Notes: generated from the letters alone by a model not told the origin. DNA of 64,000 nt from a virus (IMGVR_UViG_3300027710_001079:128833-192832); one strand, 5' to 3'. Counted from the first letter of the stretch, positions 24,694 through 34,650 are shown. A program made the numbers and translations.

Positions 24694-24907
24694 AATTTGT
24701 TAACACTCTCTTTCGAAAGTGCTTATTAAAACAAACTGTTACGCTATGCGTCCTATTCTGATTCAGAGTCAGTAGGTACCAATTTGTTTTAATAACTAGT
24801 ATTTTTTTATCCACATAAGGATAAGCCATCCACTAGTCCGCCCGTTCAGAACATATTTTAAGTGCGTTCCCCGGGCCTCGTTCCCGTAATCTATTGCACT
24901 TTGCGAT

Positions 24908-25069
24908 CTACGACTGCTCTTGAGCAATCTCTCGCTTTCTAACGGCTTTGCTATACACCTTTGCACGTTCAAACTTTTCAAAAATCATCTTGCGAAGATC
25001 TTCTTGGGTTAGAGTGTGTTTGAGTGTAAACTCAGCTTCTCGTTGTTTATTCTTATCTGTCTCTATCAT
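24908..25069 (-). CDS. hypothetical small protein (53 aa, below ORF-track cutoff)
   Basis: Hand translation MIETDKNKQREAEFTLKHTLTQEDLRKMIFEKFERAKVYSKAVRKREIAQEQS, starting immediately downstream of the terminator at 25081..25115. Confidence 0.25.
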   Translation of the reverse strand: MIETDKNKQREAEFTLKHTLTQEDLRKMIFEKFERAKVYSKAVRKREIAQEQS

Positions 25070-25080
25070 TTTTCCGATCT

Positions 25081-25115
25081 AAAAACAAAAAACCCCAGGG
25101 TTGTTAATCCTGGGG
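25081..25115 (-). terminator. rho-independent terminator
   Basis: Minus strand reads CCCCAGGATTAACAACCCTGGGG followed by TTTTTTGTTTTT. Confidence 0.7.
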
Positions 25116-25350
25116 TCCTTAGAAGTTAAAATGTAAACTTGTTACACTTTGGTCTCCTGGGACCCCGGGTAAATCTCTGGTGTGCGATCATATGACAGAC
25201 TTCCACACTCAATAGATAACCAATTGGAGGCTACAAAGCCTGCCTGTTTGGGCATCGTATTAAATTGTTGATGTCTAAAATTCGATTGCATTTTGTTTTC
25301 TCTTTAAAAACTTTCTTTACATTGACAGCACCATTACTGTCTATGTGTTA

Positions 25351-25554
25351 ATTATACAGTTATTTAGTCTTGTTGTCAACCTCTTTTTTGCCTTTTGACA
25401 AAAAAGTTTTTTAACAACCTTTCTAACTAACCTATGTCTTTATTGTACAGTTATTTAGTTCTCTTGTCAACCACTATTTTTAAAGTGGCTAAAAATTTCA
25501 CTATCTAACTTACAACCTAGTCTCTATTGTATAGTGTTTATTTAGTCTTGTCAA
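25351..25554 (-). promoter_or_regulatory. three tandem consensus-like sigma70 promoters ~90 nt apart
   Basis: On the minus strand: (1) TTGACAacaagactaaataactgTATAAT, -35 at 25374..25379, -10 at 25351..25356. (2) TTGACAagagaactaaataactgTACAAT, -35 at 25465..25470, -10 at 25442..25447. (3) TTGACAagactaaataaacactaTACAAT, -35 at 25549..25554, -10 at 25526..25531. All spacers are 17 nt. Confidence 0.6.
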
Positions 25555-25570
25555 GATCTAGTGTTGTTTT

Positions 25571-26167
25571 TTAACAACATTTTTTAAGGATTACCAAAGA
25601 ACCTGCTTTTAATACTTTAGTGTATCCTTGTGTACTTAACCGATGTACTGCTTCTTCTACTGCTGGCCACCTTAACGGATTACTTAACGGCAGGTGCGGC
25701 CTATGATCGTGAAAAATCATCAACCCTCCGTTTTTTAATTTTGGCAACCAGTATTCTAAATTCTTGTTTAGCCCCGGGGCATAATGATCTCCATCATCAA
25801 AATAAACATCTATTGGATCACCGTTCCAATTAAACGACTCTGTATTCAAGAATCGAGATCTATGTAGGAATATATTTGTATATTCCGATAATAGGTTACT
25901 TACTGTTTCGAGATTCCTTGGAACACCCAGACCTAATGATTTTTCTAATAATTCTTCTTTAAACAACGGATCATTGTCTCGGCCGTCATACAGATCATAC
26001 GTATAAATTTTAGCAGTTGGGTTTGAGCTTGCCATAATTGCTGCACTACCGCCCAAGTATGTTCCGACTTCGACAATTATTGGATTTGTTAGTTGTGCAA
26101 TTGCATTATACAATGCGTTTTTTTCTTCCAGAGTTGTTAGACTAAATTCGTGTTCTTTTGGTAACAT
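25571..26167 (-). CDS. class I SAM-dependent methyltransferase (CmcI/TylF-like O-methyltransferase fold)
   Basis: IIVEVGTYLGGSAAIMA is a glycine-rich SAM-binding motif I. 198 aa. Confidence 0.5.
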   Translation of the reverse strand: MLPKEHEFSLTTLEEKNALYNAIAQLTNPIIVEVGTYLGGSAAIMASSNPTAKIYTYDLYDGRDNDPLFKEELLEKSLGLGVPRNLETVSNLLSEYTNIFLHRSRFLNTESFNWNGDPIDVYFDDGDHYAPGLNKNLEYWLPKLKNGGLMIFHDHRPHLPLSNPLRWPAVEEAVHRLSTQGYTKVLKAGSLVILKKCC

Positions 26168-26188
26168 GCCCTTATTTATGTGGTACCG

Positions 26189-26217
26189 TTGTTTTTATAA
26201 TTAAATACAGCTATAAT
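26189..26217 (+). promoter_or_regulatory. sigma70-like promoter for the plus-strand sugar/glycosyltransferase operon
   Basis: TTGTTTttataattaaatacagcTATAAT, spacer 17. The -10 lies 10 nt upstream of the ATG at 26227. Confidence 0.45.
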
Positions 26218-26226
26218 TTTAATACT

Positions 26227-27036
26227 ATGAAACAACACAATTTTATCACACACGCAACATTCGGAGATATCGTTTACAGCCTATGCGTTATGAAAATGAT
26301 CGGCCCGGGCGATATCTATGTAAAACTAAACTATCACGACTACTTTGCTAAAAATGTTTTAGGGTGGCCTAACGCGGGACCTGCATCGGGTAGACTTACA
26401 CAGAAAGACTACGACATTGTGGCACCTTTGTTAGAAGCACAGGACTACATTGGCAAAGTTGCAGTTTGGAAGGACGAGGTAGATGACTTTCCGCAACTAC
26501 TAGATCACTGGAAGCAGCACTTGATCCGAGGTTGGCAAGGTAACCAAACAGAGTGTTATGCATTAGCTATGGGATGGAACATCCATGATCCAGAAATTAA
26601 AAAGAAGCTATTACACGAGCCGTGGCTAACTCCTGTACAACCGATTCACATTCCGGGCAAGCCTGTTATTGTTAACAGAACTGGCAGACATCTTTGGGGT
26701 GCAGAAGGCGGAGAAGGATGGATTGAACAGAAGTTTATCGAAAATCAAATTGGAGAGTACGGTGCGTTTGTTGGAACACCCGATGAACATGCTAGCTTCG
26801 AAGAAACATTCAAAACAAAAATACACTATCAGAAAACAGAAGACTTACTTGAAGTTGCAAGACTTATTCAAGGTAGCGAAATGTTCATTGGAAACCAGAG
26901 TGCCGCATTAAGCATTGCAATTGGTTTAGGCAAGACCTATTGGTGCGAAGTACGTGCTGATTACGAACAGACAAAAACACCACACGGCGGCTACGGGGAC
27001 ACATGGTTTCCTCGTGCTAACGGCTTTTACTTTTAA
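26227..27036 (+). CDS. glycosyltransferase family 9-like (ADP-heptose:LPS heptosyltransferase-like)
   Basis: ORF-track frame 26158..27036 (begins with TTG). Internal ATG at 26227 gives MKQHNFITHATFGDIVYSLCV, which resembles GT9 N-termini (MKILVIRLSSLGDVV). Confidence 0.4.
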   Translation: MKQHNFITHATFGDIVYSLCVMKMIGPGDIYVKLNYHDYFAKNVLGWPNAGPASGRLTQKDYDIVAPLLEAQDYIGKVAVWKDEVDDFPQLLDHWKQHLIRGWQGNQTECYALAMGWNIHDPEIKKKLLHEPWLTPVQPIHIPGKPVIVNRTGRHLWGAEGGEGWIEQKFIENQIGEYGAFVGTPDEHASFEETFKTKIHYQKTEDLLEVARLIQGSEMFIGNQSAALSIAIGLGKTYWCEVRADYEQTKTPHGGYGDTWFPRANGFYF

Positions 27037-27044
27037 GGACATAT

Positions 27045-27695
27045 ATGTACGCAGTTGTAAGTTTAAACGACGAGAAATACCAACCACTTGCTGACCTAAC
27101 TTGGAATCAGAACAAGAAACAATATTGTGAGCGACACGGATACGAAGGTATTAATAAAACTGATAATTTTGTAGGTGGTATCACGATCGGTTTTGAAAAA
27201 ATATTCTTTATTAAAAAACTTATGGAAGACCGTAAGGATATTGAGTGGATCTGGTGGACAGGCACAGATGCTATGATCACAAACCATACAATTAAAATCG
27301 AAGACAAGATCATGCCTGAATATGATTTGATTCTTGCTACAGACTGCAATGAGATCAACAACGACAGCTTCTTAATCAAGAATAGCGATTGGAGTCGTAA
27401 CTACATGCAGAGCATCATCAATGTTATGCCAAAATATGAAAAACACTATTTCTACGAGCAGCAGGCTATGATCGACAGTGTGCCGCTACCAGAGAATAAG
27501 GGCAAGATTAAAATTGTTCCACAGCGATATTTAAATGCATATAAGAATGATCTGTACCCACACCAGAGCAAATATGATCTGTTAGGCAATGATGGAACTT
27601 GGCAAAAGGGCGATTGGTTAATCCACTGGCCGGGTACTGGGCTAGATCTTCGTCTCCAATTAGCTAGACATTTCATGAACGAAGTAGTAAAATAA
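27045..27695 (+). CDS. glycosyltransferase (GT32/GT34-like), putative
   Basis: ORF-track 216 aa. D-x-D-containing segment ILATDCNEINNDSF. Sits inside the sugar operon. Confidence 0.3.
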   Translation: MYAVVSLNDEKYQPLADLTWNQNKKQYCERHGYEGINKTDNFVGGITIGFEKIFFIKKLMEDRKDIEWIWWTGTDAMITNHTIKIEDKIMPEYDLILATDCNEINNDSFLIKNSDWSRNYMQSIINVMPKYEKHYFYEQQAMIDSVPLPENKGKIKIVPQRYLNAYKNDLYPHQSKYDLLGNDGTWQKGDWLIHWPGTGLDLRLQLARHFMNEVVK

Positions 27696-27698
27696 ACT

Positions 27699-29018
27699 AT
27701 GAAAGACATCTTAGACCAAATTCGACAGTTCATCGAAGAAAAACAAAAGAACAAAACTTGGACTGCGGGCAAGGATTTTGTTAACTATGCAGGCCCACAT
27801 TTTAACGCAGACGAATATGTTGCGGCAGCAGAAACATTACTAGGCGGTTGGCTAGTAATGGGCGATAAGAGTTTGAAATTTGAAAAAGAATTCCCTAAGC
27901 AATTTGGCAAAATGAACGGCATCTTAACCAACAGCGGGTCTAGCTCGAACTTGTTGATGATGTCTGCGTTGACCAGTAAGCGTGGATATAACTTGCCTAA
28001 GGGTACTAAGGTACTGATGCCTATCGCAGGCTTCCCTACTACACTTAACCCAACATTACAGGTAGGATTTACTCCTGTATTCTGTGATATTGAAATTGAA
28101 ACACTAAACATTGATTTGAAACATGCAGAACAGTTACTCGAAGCTGATCCAGAAATTCGTGTAATTACATTTGCTCACGTGTTAGGTAATCCTCCAAACA
28201 TGGACAAGGTAATGGAATTGGTAAAGAAGTACAACCTTATCTTGTTAGAAGATTGTTGCGATGCATTAGGCAGCACATATGATGACAAACCATTAGGTAG
28301 CTTTGGAGAAATGGCATCATGCAGTTTCTATCCTGCACACCACATGACAATGGGCGAAGGCGGATACGTTGCATGTAACGATTACCAGCAAGAAGTTATC
28401 TTACGTAGTTTCCGTGAATGGGGTCGCGGTTGCTACTGTGTTGGTCCTGAGGCTAACAAACTAAAGTGCGGCAGTTGCGGTAAACGCTTCCAAGAATGGA
28501 TTCCAGAACTACCTGGGGAAATTTTTGATCACAAATATGTCTATGACGAGATCGGTTATAATCTCAAGCCTATTGAAATTCAAAGTGCAATGGGATTAGT
28601 GCAACTTAACAAGTTGGAAGAAATTCATGCACTTCGTAAACGTAACTATTCATTACTCTTTGAAATCTATTCAAAGTACGAAGACTTCTTTTATTTGCCA
28701 CGTCCGCAAGCTAAAGCAGATCCTAGCTGGTTTGCATTCCCGTTAACCGTTAGAGAAAATGCACCTTTCAAACGTGCAGACATTGTAGACTACCTGGAAG
28801 AAAATTTAATTCAAACTCGTCCTTACTTTGCTGGCAACATTATGTTACAGCCTGCGTACTCGCACATTATGGCACCGCAGAAAGCCAAAGACGACTTCCC
28901 AGTTGCTACTCTGACAATGACTAACACTTACTTCCACGGAACTAGTCCAGTTATCACTCCTGAACAGATTGCTTATATTGGCGAGACTGTTGACGGCTTT
29001 ATGAGTTTATTCAAATGA
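27699..29018 (+). CDS. DegT/ColD/E1-family PMP-dependent sugar 3-dehydratase (His in place of PLP-Lys, 4-Cys cluster)
   Basis: SFYPAHHMTMGEGG matches the ColD/E1 (DdhC) active site, where His replaces the DegT lysine. CYCVGPEANKLKCGSCG suggests a [2Fe-2S] site as in E1. Confidence 0.6.
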   Translation: MKDILDQIRQFIEEKQKNKTWTAGKDFVNYAGPHFNADEYVAAAETLLGGWLVMGDKSLKFEKEFPKQFGKMNGILTNSGSSSNLLMMSALTSKRGYNLPKGTKVLMPIAGFPTTLNPTLQVGFTPVFCDIEIETLNIDLKHAEQLLEADPEIRVITFAHVLGNPPNMDKVMELVKKYNLILLEDCCDALGSTYDDKPLGSFGEMASCSFYPAHHMTMGEGGYVACNDYQQEVILRSFREWGRGCYCVGPEANKLKCGSCGKRFQEWIPELPGEIFDHKYVYDEIGYNLKPIEIQSAMGLVQLNKLEEIHALRKRNYSLLFEIYSKYEDFFYLPRPQAKADPSWFAFPLTVRENAPFKRADIVDYLEENLIQTRPYFAGNIMLQPAYSHIMAPQKAKDDFPVATLTMTNTYFHGTSPVITPEQIAYIGETVDGFMSLFK

Positions 29019-30181
29019 AAAGTTTAAGCCAAGTAACATCTAAGATTGACGGACAGCCAATGTTCAAGTATTTGGACATGGCTAAGGCTTTAGAAGCTAA
29101 AGGTCGGCACCTTATCCATATGGAGATAGGTGAGCCAGACTTTGACACGCCTAAGAATGTTACTTGGGCTGCTGTTCAGTCTTTATCTAACGGTGAAACA
29201 CACTACGGAAGTAGTTACGGTTTACAAGAGTTTAGAGAAGCTGTTCAGTTTGCTACAGAACGTAGCAGAGGATTTAAACCCGATTTAGATCAAGTGCTGA
29301 TTACGCCAGGTGCTAATATTGCTATCTACTATGCAGTATTCTGTTTAGTCGATCCGGGATTCGAAGTTATTGTTCCAGATCCCGGCTTCAGTACATATTA
29401 TAGTAATATCAAAATGTGTGGTGCGGTTCCAGTTCGTGTGCCGTTAAAAGAAGAAAACGAATTCCGTATGAACCCTGATGATATTGAAGCGGCTATTACA
29501 GACAAGACCCGCTTGATTATTATTAACAGTCCGCAAAATCCTACAGGCAGTGTGTTAACCACTGACGAAGTAAAACGCATTTACGAAATTGCCAAGAAGC
29601 ACGACATCTACATTTATAGTGATGAAATTTATGCACGTATGAACTATGAGCCAATTGGCTTTGCAAGTCCTAGCATTTATGATCATTGTAAAGAACATGT
29701 TATCCTTAGTAACGGTTTTAGTAAAGCGTTTGCTATGACTGGCTGGCGTCTAGGTACACTTATCGGTCCCGCAAATGTTATTGAACGTATGGCGGCACTA
29801 TTACAGACTACATCAAGTTGTGTAAGTCCGTTTGTTCAACGTGCTGGCATTGAAGCTATTCGTGGCAGTCAAGAAGCAGTTACAAACATGATGGCAGAAT
29901 ATCGAGCACGTAGAGATTTGTTAGTTGACGGACTTAATCGTGTTAAGGGTATCACTTGTCTAAAACCCGGCGGTGCTTTTTATGTATTTCCTAATATCAA
30001 AGGAACCGGACTAACAAGTGATCAAGTTGTTGATAAACTAATGGATGCGGGTGTAGTAACACTGCCCGGTCATTGCTTCGGAGAACACGGCGACGGTTAT
30101 ATTAGATTGTGCTATGCAACCAGTCGTGAAAATATTCAAGAAGCATTGAATAGAATTTACAAAGCATTGGGGACAAAATGA
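29015..30181 (+). CDS. class I/II PLP-dependent aminotransferase
   Basis: SNGFSKAFAMTGWRLG carries the PLP-lysine motif of aspartate-aminotransferase-fold enzymes. 388 aa. Confidence 0.7.
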   Translation: MKSLSQVTSKIDGQPMFKYLDMAKALEAKGRHLIHMEIGEPDFDTPKNVTWAAVQSLSNGETHYGSSYGLQEFREAVQFATERSRGFKPDLDQVLITPGANIAIYYAVFCLVDPGFEVIVPDPGFSTYYSNIKMCGAVPVRVPLKEENEFRMNPDDIEAAITDKTRLIIINSPQNPTGSVLTTDEVKRIYEIAKKHDIYIYSDEIYARMNYEPIGFASPSIYDHCKEHVILSNGFSKAFAMTGWRLGTLIGPANVIERMAALLQTTSSCVSPFVQRAGIEAIRGSQEAVTNMMAEYRARRDLLVDGLNRVKGITCLKPGGAFYVFPNIKGTGLTSDQVVDKLMDAGVVTLPGHCFGEHGDGYIRLCYATSRENIQEALNRIYKALGTK

Positions 30182-31185
30182 GAGTATGTGAATGGATAGC
30201 TGATTATCTAAAATCAATCGGTGTTGAACGTGTACACGGATTGATGGGCGGTGGAGCAAGCGGACTCAATGATGGGTTCATTAAGCAGGGTATGCCTTAC
30301 ATTTGTTATCACCATGAACAGGGTGCCGGACATGCAGCAACTGCCGAAAGTAAGTTTACAGGCAAACTTGCTGTAGTTAATCCTACAACAGGATGTGCAG
30401 GTACTAACTGTGCAACTAGTGTATTGAACGCATGGCAAGACAGTGTTCCTGTTTTATTTTTGTCCGGCAATGTTAGATTAGCTACTTGTAGCGGACACAT
30501 TAATAAAAAGAATCATATTAAAATTAGAAAGTATGGTATTCAGGAACATCACATTGTTGATACTTACGAGTCTATGACCAAGTTTAGTTACTTCATCGAT
30601 AATGTTGATGATGTTGCGTATGTCTTACAGTATGCTATTCACACTGCTACTAGTGGTAGACATGGACCTGTATGGATTGATATTCCAGGAGATATACAAA
30701 CTGCACAGATGCCTGAAAAGTATAAAGAGTATCAGCCTGTAGAACTAGTTAAACCATTAGCAGACTTTAGTCGAATCAAAGAAGCGATTGCTAAAGCAGA
30801 ACGTCCTATTGTGTTAGCAGGTTACGGAATTCGTCAAAGCAACACTGTTGAAGATTTTGTTAAGTTTATCGAACATTATCAAATTCCTTATGTTAGTACA
30901 TACGGAGCAAGAGATTACACAGCTAATGATCACAAATTAAGTATCGGTGCTATAGGTATTAAAGGTAGTCGTGCAGGTAACTTTGCTTTACAGAATGCAG
31001 ACTTGTTAATTGTTTTAGGTAGCAGTTTAGGATCAAGTGTAATTGGATATGATCCTGCACAGTTTAGTCCTGCAAGTTACAAAATTATTGTAGACTTAGA
31101 TATCAACGAATTAAAAAAAGATATCGTTAAAATTGACGAGAAGTATAACGTTAACTTAGAAAAATTCTTTAGGAGCATGGTATGA
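30178..31185 (+). CDS. ThDP-dependent enzyme, N-terminal Pyr + middle domains (AHAS/YerE-like), split gene part 1
   Basis: GGASGLNDGF...HEQGAGHAATAESKFTG is the TPP_enzyme_N signature. Confidence 0.65.
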   Translation: MRVCEWIADYLKSIGVERVHGLMGGGASGLNDGFIKQGMPYICYHHEQGAGHAATAESKFTGKLAVVNPTTGCAGTNCATSVLNAWQDSVPVLFLSGNVRLATCSGHINKKNHIKIRKYGIQEHHIVDTYESMTKFSYFIDNVDDVAYVLQYAIHTATSGRHGPVWIDIPGDIQTAQMPEKYKEYQPVELVKPLADFSRIKEAIAKAERPIVLAGYGIRQSNTVEDFVKFIEHYQIPYVSTYGARDYTANDHKLSIGAIGIKGSRAGNFALQNADLLIVLGSSLGSSVIGYDPAQFSPASYKIIVDLDINELKKDIVKIDEKYNVNLEKFFRSMV

Positions 31186-31928
31186 ACAGACAAGAATGGA
31201 TAGACAAATGCGATCACTGGAAAGCTATCTGGCCAGTAATGCAGGAGGAATATCGTCCAACTGATAATCAATTCCAATTAAACATCTATGCTGTACTAGA
31301 TGCAATCAATCAGCATAGTTCAGCTGATGATATTTTAATGGGAGATGCGGGCAGTATTAGCTATGCAGGCCCTGTAGCACTTAATGCCAAACAAGGTCAG
31401 CGTTTTATTTTTAGCCCTGCTCAAGCAGACATGGGATGGGCGTTGCCGGCGGCTGTTGGTGCAAGCCTAGCCAGTAATCAGCCTGTAATCAGCATCATAG
31501 GCGATGGCAGTTTTATGAGCAATGTTCAAGAGTTAGCTGTGGCCAAACAACACGAATTAGATATTAAATTTGTTATATTAAATAATAACGGTTACTTGAG
31601 CATTAAAAATACACAACAAAAATATTTCAATGGCAGAGTACACGGCACTAGCGGTGAAACTGGTCTTTGGTTCCCTAGCATGAAAAATATTGCTACGGCA
31701 TTCGGAATGCCTTGTGTGGATATTAGAACAAAAGAGGATCTGCGACTACACTTTCCTAACGCTCTTAAGAAAAAAGGTCCAGTTATTATCGACTGCCAGT
31801 GCCTGTCTGAACAAGAAATTCTGCCAGCACAAGCATTAAAGGATGGGAAGCAAGCCGGGCTCCACGACATGACTCCGTTCTTAAGTAATGAAGAACTTGC
31901 CCGAGAAATGATTGTTAAGATTACATGA
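31182..31928 (+). CDS. ThDP-dependent enzyme, C-terminal PP domain, split gene part 2
   Basis: GDGSFMSNVQELAVAKQHELDIKFVILNNNGY is the GDG-x24-NN ThDP-binding motif. ATGA overlap with part 1. Confidence 0.65.
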   Translation: MNRQEWIDKCDHWKAIWPVMQEEYRPTDNQFQLNIYAVLDAINQHSSADDILMGDAGSISYAGPVALNAKQGQRFIFSPAQADMGWALPAAVGASLASNQPVISIIGDGSFMSNVQELAVAKQHELDIKFVILNNNGYLSIKNTQQKYFNGRVHGTSGETGLWFPSMKNIATAFGMPCVDIRTKEDLRLHFPNALKKKGPVIIDCQCLSEQEILPAQALKDGKQAGLHDMTPFLSNEELAREMIVKIT

Positions 31929-32710
31929 AGATAGCAGTGTTAGGTGCAGGCGGATTCTTAGGCAAAATTATTTGTGAATACCTAAGAAGTAATGGACATA
32001 CTGTATTTGCTGTTACTCGTCGAGAGTTGACATTAACTGACTATCTATCTGTACAAAAATGGCTAGAGCAAACGTTACCAGATGCTGTTGTTAATTGTGC
32101 AACTTCGGGCGGTAAGCAAAGGATGGGTGATGCTCTGCTAGATGATGTACAGAACAATTTAACTATTTTCCTAAATTTTTATAATAATAGTCAATACTTT
32201 GACAAGTTTATTAATGTAGGGTCTGGTGCAGAGTTTGATCATTCTGCTAACATAGACCTTGCAAAAGAAGATCATATACTTAATGTATTTCCCAAAGACG
32301 GGTATGGGTATGCAAAAAATACGATTTCAAGATTATGTTTAGAACATTCTAAATTTTATACTCTAAGATTGTTTGGGTGCTTTGATAGTAGTGATCCAGA
32401 CTTTAGACTTTTTAAAAAATTTCTTAATAATGATCCGTTAGATCTTGTTGATCGTAAATTTGATTATTTCAGTGCTCAAGATTTTTGTCAAGTAATAGAC
32501 CACTACTTAAATAATCAAGTTGAATACCGCGATATCAATTGCGTGTATAAAGATAAACTTTATCTAAGTGAAATATTAAACAAGTTCAAGCCTGTAGAGA
32601 TTTTAAAAAAATCAAATAATAATTATACCGGTGACGGAAGTAGATTAGCTAAATTAAAATTAAAACTAAACGGATTAGATAAATCTATAAAGGAATATAA
32701 AGCGTTATGA
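31925..32710 (+). CDS. NAD(P)-dependent sugar epimerase/reductase (RmlD-like)
   Basis: MKIAVLGAGGFLGKII Rossmann motif. YGYAK catalytic YxxxK. Confidence 0.55.
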   Translation: MKIAVLGAGGFLGKIICEYLRSNGHTVFAVTRRELTLTDYLSVQKWLEQTLPDAVVNCATSGGKQRMGDALLDDVQNNLTIFLNFYNNSQYFDKFINVGSGAEFDHSANIDLAKEDHILNVFPKDGYGYAKNTISRLCLEHSKFYTLRLFGCFDSSDPDFRLFKKFLNNDPLDLVDRKFDYFSAQDFCQVIDHYLNNQVEYRDINCVYKDKLYLSEILNKFKPVEILKKSNNNYTGDGSRLAKLKLKLNGLDKSIKEYKAL

Positions 32711-33645
32711 AAAAGATTGTGTACGTTACTGGATGTTTGGGATTCATTGGTTATCATGTAACTAAAGCATGTTTAGACAAAGGTTGGTATGTGCGAGGCA
32801 TCGACAAGGGAACTTACGCTGCTAATTGGAATCTATTGCCTGAATTAAAAAAGTATGATACGTTTACTTTTGAACACAAAGATATTAACGACTTAGACAG
32901 GATTTACGACTGTGACTATTTTATTAATACAGCCGCCGAAACTCATGTTGATAACAGTTTAGAAGAAAGCGACACCTTTGTTCACAGCAACATTAACGGT
33001 GTCCATCATATTTTAAAATTAATCAACCAAAAGAAATACCGCAGGCCTATCTTGTTACACTTTAGCACTGATGAAGTCTACGGTGATATTGATGAAGGAA
33101 GTCATTCAGAAGAGGATCTACTGTGTCCTAGTAATCCATACTCAGCAACTAAAGCAGCAGCAGACATGTTGATTATGGCATGGGGACGTAGTCATAAACT
33201 ACCTTACGTTATTGTTCGTCCTACTAACAATTACGGTATTGGACAGTATGTAGAAAAACTTATTCCCAAGACTTGTAAGTTTTTAACTGTGGGTAAAAAG
33301 ATTGATCTTCATAATAACGGAACTCCGGTGCGTACTTGGTTGCACGCCAGCGATACTGCTAATGCAGTTATTACTATTATTGAAGCCGGAGTAGTTAACG
33401 AAATTTACAATATTAGTGGTGCTTATCAGACAGAGAATATTAATGTTGTAAAGAAGATTCTTGAACTATTCAAAGTAAAAGGATCATATGAAAACTACAT
33501 CACTCATATGGATCGTCAGGGACAGGACGTTAGATACAGTATTGACGACAGTAAGTTACAGGCACTAGGTTGGAAACCAAAAGCTGTATTTGATAAAGAA
33601 TTAAAGAAAATTGTTAAGTATTACAAAGACAACTTTATTTGGTAA
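32707..33645 (+). CDS. NDP-hexose 4,6-dehydratase (extended SDR, RmlB/DdhB-like)
   Basis: VYVTGCLGFIGYHV Rossmann motif. YSATKAAAD YxxxK. 312 aa. Confidence 0.6.
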   Translation: MKKIVYVTGCLGFIGYHVTKACLDKGWYVRGIDKGTYAANWNLLPELKKYDTFTFEHKDINDLDRIYDCDYFINTAAETHVDNSLEESDTFVHSNINGVHHILKLINQKKYRRPILLHFSTDEVYGDIDEGSHSEEDLLCPSNPYSATKAAADMLIMAWGRSHKLPYVIVRPTNNYGIGQYVEKLIPKTCKFLTVGKKIDLHNNGTPVRTWLHASDTANAVITIIEAGVVNEIYNISGAYQTENINVVKKILELFKVKGSYENYITHMDRQGQDVRYSIDDSKLQALGWKPKAVFDKELKKIVKYYKDNFIW

Positions 33646-34144
33646 AGCCGTTATTGTAGTTAACATTATCAAACTCTATTAAACTTGCACGAGGATTTTT
33701 AATCCAAAAGTCAACAGCACTAACAACCTGTTGATATGGTATTGAATCATACTGTGTCCAGTTTTCAAGGAATCCCATTTTCAATAACAACATTGGAAAT
33801 TGGGATTCTTTTTTTAATTTCTTGTGTTCAATTTCAATAAGTTTTTTTGCAGTAGCATAACGAATAATGTCTGGATTCGGATAGTCCGCAGCCATTGATC
33901 CGCAAGTTATAATAGAAGTTTTATTATGTAACCGTTTTAGAAAGTCGTATTGTATAGTATGTATATGTAAATTGTTAATGAACAGATCAGCAGTCTCTGC
34001 TAAGTTAACAACTTCTTCAAACTTTTCAGGCAGGTTATAACCATTTGATCTAGACACACCTACAACCTCATGACCTGATTGTGTTAAGTAATTGAAAAAG
34101 GCGAGCCCGAGCCCGCCTGTGTGTCCTGTGATTACAACTCGCAT
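33635..34144 (-). CDS. short-chain dehydrogenase/reductase (truncated SDR fold)
   Basis: VITGHTGGLGLAF (TGxxxGxG) and YATAKK (YxxxK). Confidence 0.5.
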   Translation of the reverse strand: MRVVITGHTGGLGLAFFNYLTQSGHEVVGVSRSNGYNLPEKFEEVVNLAETADLFINNLHIHTIQYDFLKRLHNKTSIITCGSMAADYPNPDIIRYATAKKLIEIEHKKLKKESQFPMLLLKMGFLENWTQYDSIPYQQVVSAVDFWIKNPRASLIEFDNVNYNNGFTK

Positions 34145-34650
34145 CAGCTATTTAAAACTTTTGCCACCGAGTTCATAACAGAAGCGATTCTACCAATATC
34201 ACGTAACTGTTCTACAGTGTAGCCTTCGGTCTTCAATGTTTCGTAATGTGCTTTCACACAGAAATGGCATTTGCCTACAATACTAGCTGCTAAACTAAAT
34301 GCTTCAAAGTTTGACTTAGTAGTTCCACCGTGGTTTGCAATAGCGTTCATACGTAGCTGTGCTGGCAATCCTTTGAGTGCAGGATCATCGGCCATTTCAA
34401 CATATGGATACCACACATTGTTCTGTGCCATGATACTTGCCGCAGTCATTGCCGACTCAGCATGTACAGGTGCATCTGCTAGTAAAATGCTTAATACTTT
34501 ACCGTTGCCAGTTGCAGCCAAAGCAGCCACAGCACAACCTAGGGCAACATCGGCATCTAGCGTACTTCGTACTAATACTGCATCTAGATTTAACTTAGTG
34601 TCCTTAGCATAATCAGGTAATGCACCTTTAATTGTATCAATAAAACTCAT
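34144..34650 (-). CDS. ahpD: AhpD-like alkylhydroperoxidase / carboxymuconolactone decarboxylase family
   Basis: KCHFCVKAHYE is a CxxHC-type AhpD core motif. Lies adjacent to AhpC. Confidence 0.5.
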   Translation of the reverse strand: MSFIDTIKGALPDYAKDTKLNLDAVLVRSTLDADVALGCAVAALAATGNGKVLSILLADAPVHAESAMTAASIMAQNNVWYPYVEMADDPALKGLPAQLRMNAIANHGGTTKSNFEAFSLAASIVGKCHFCVKAHYETLKTEGYTVEQLRDIGRIASVMNSVAKVLNS

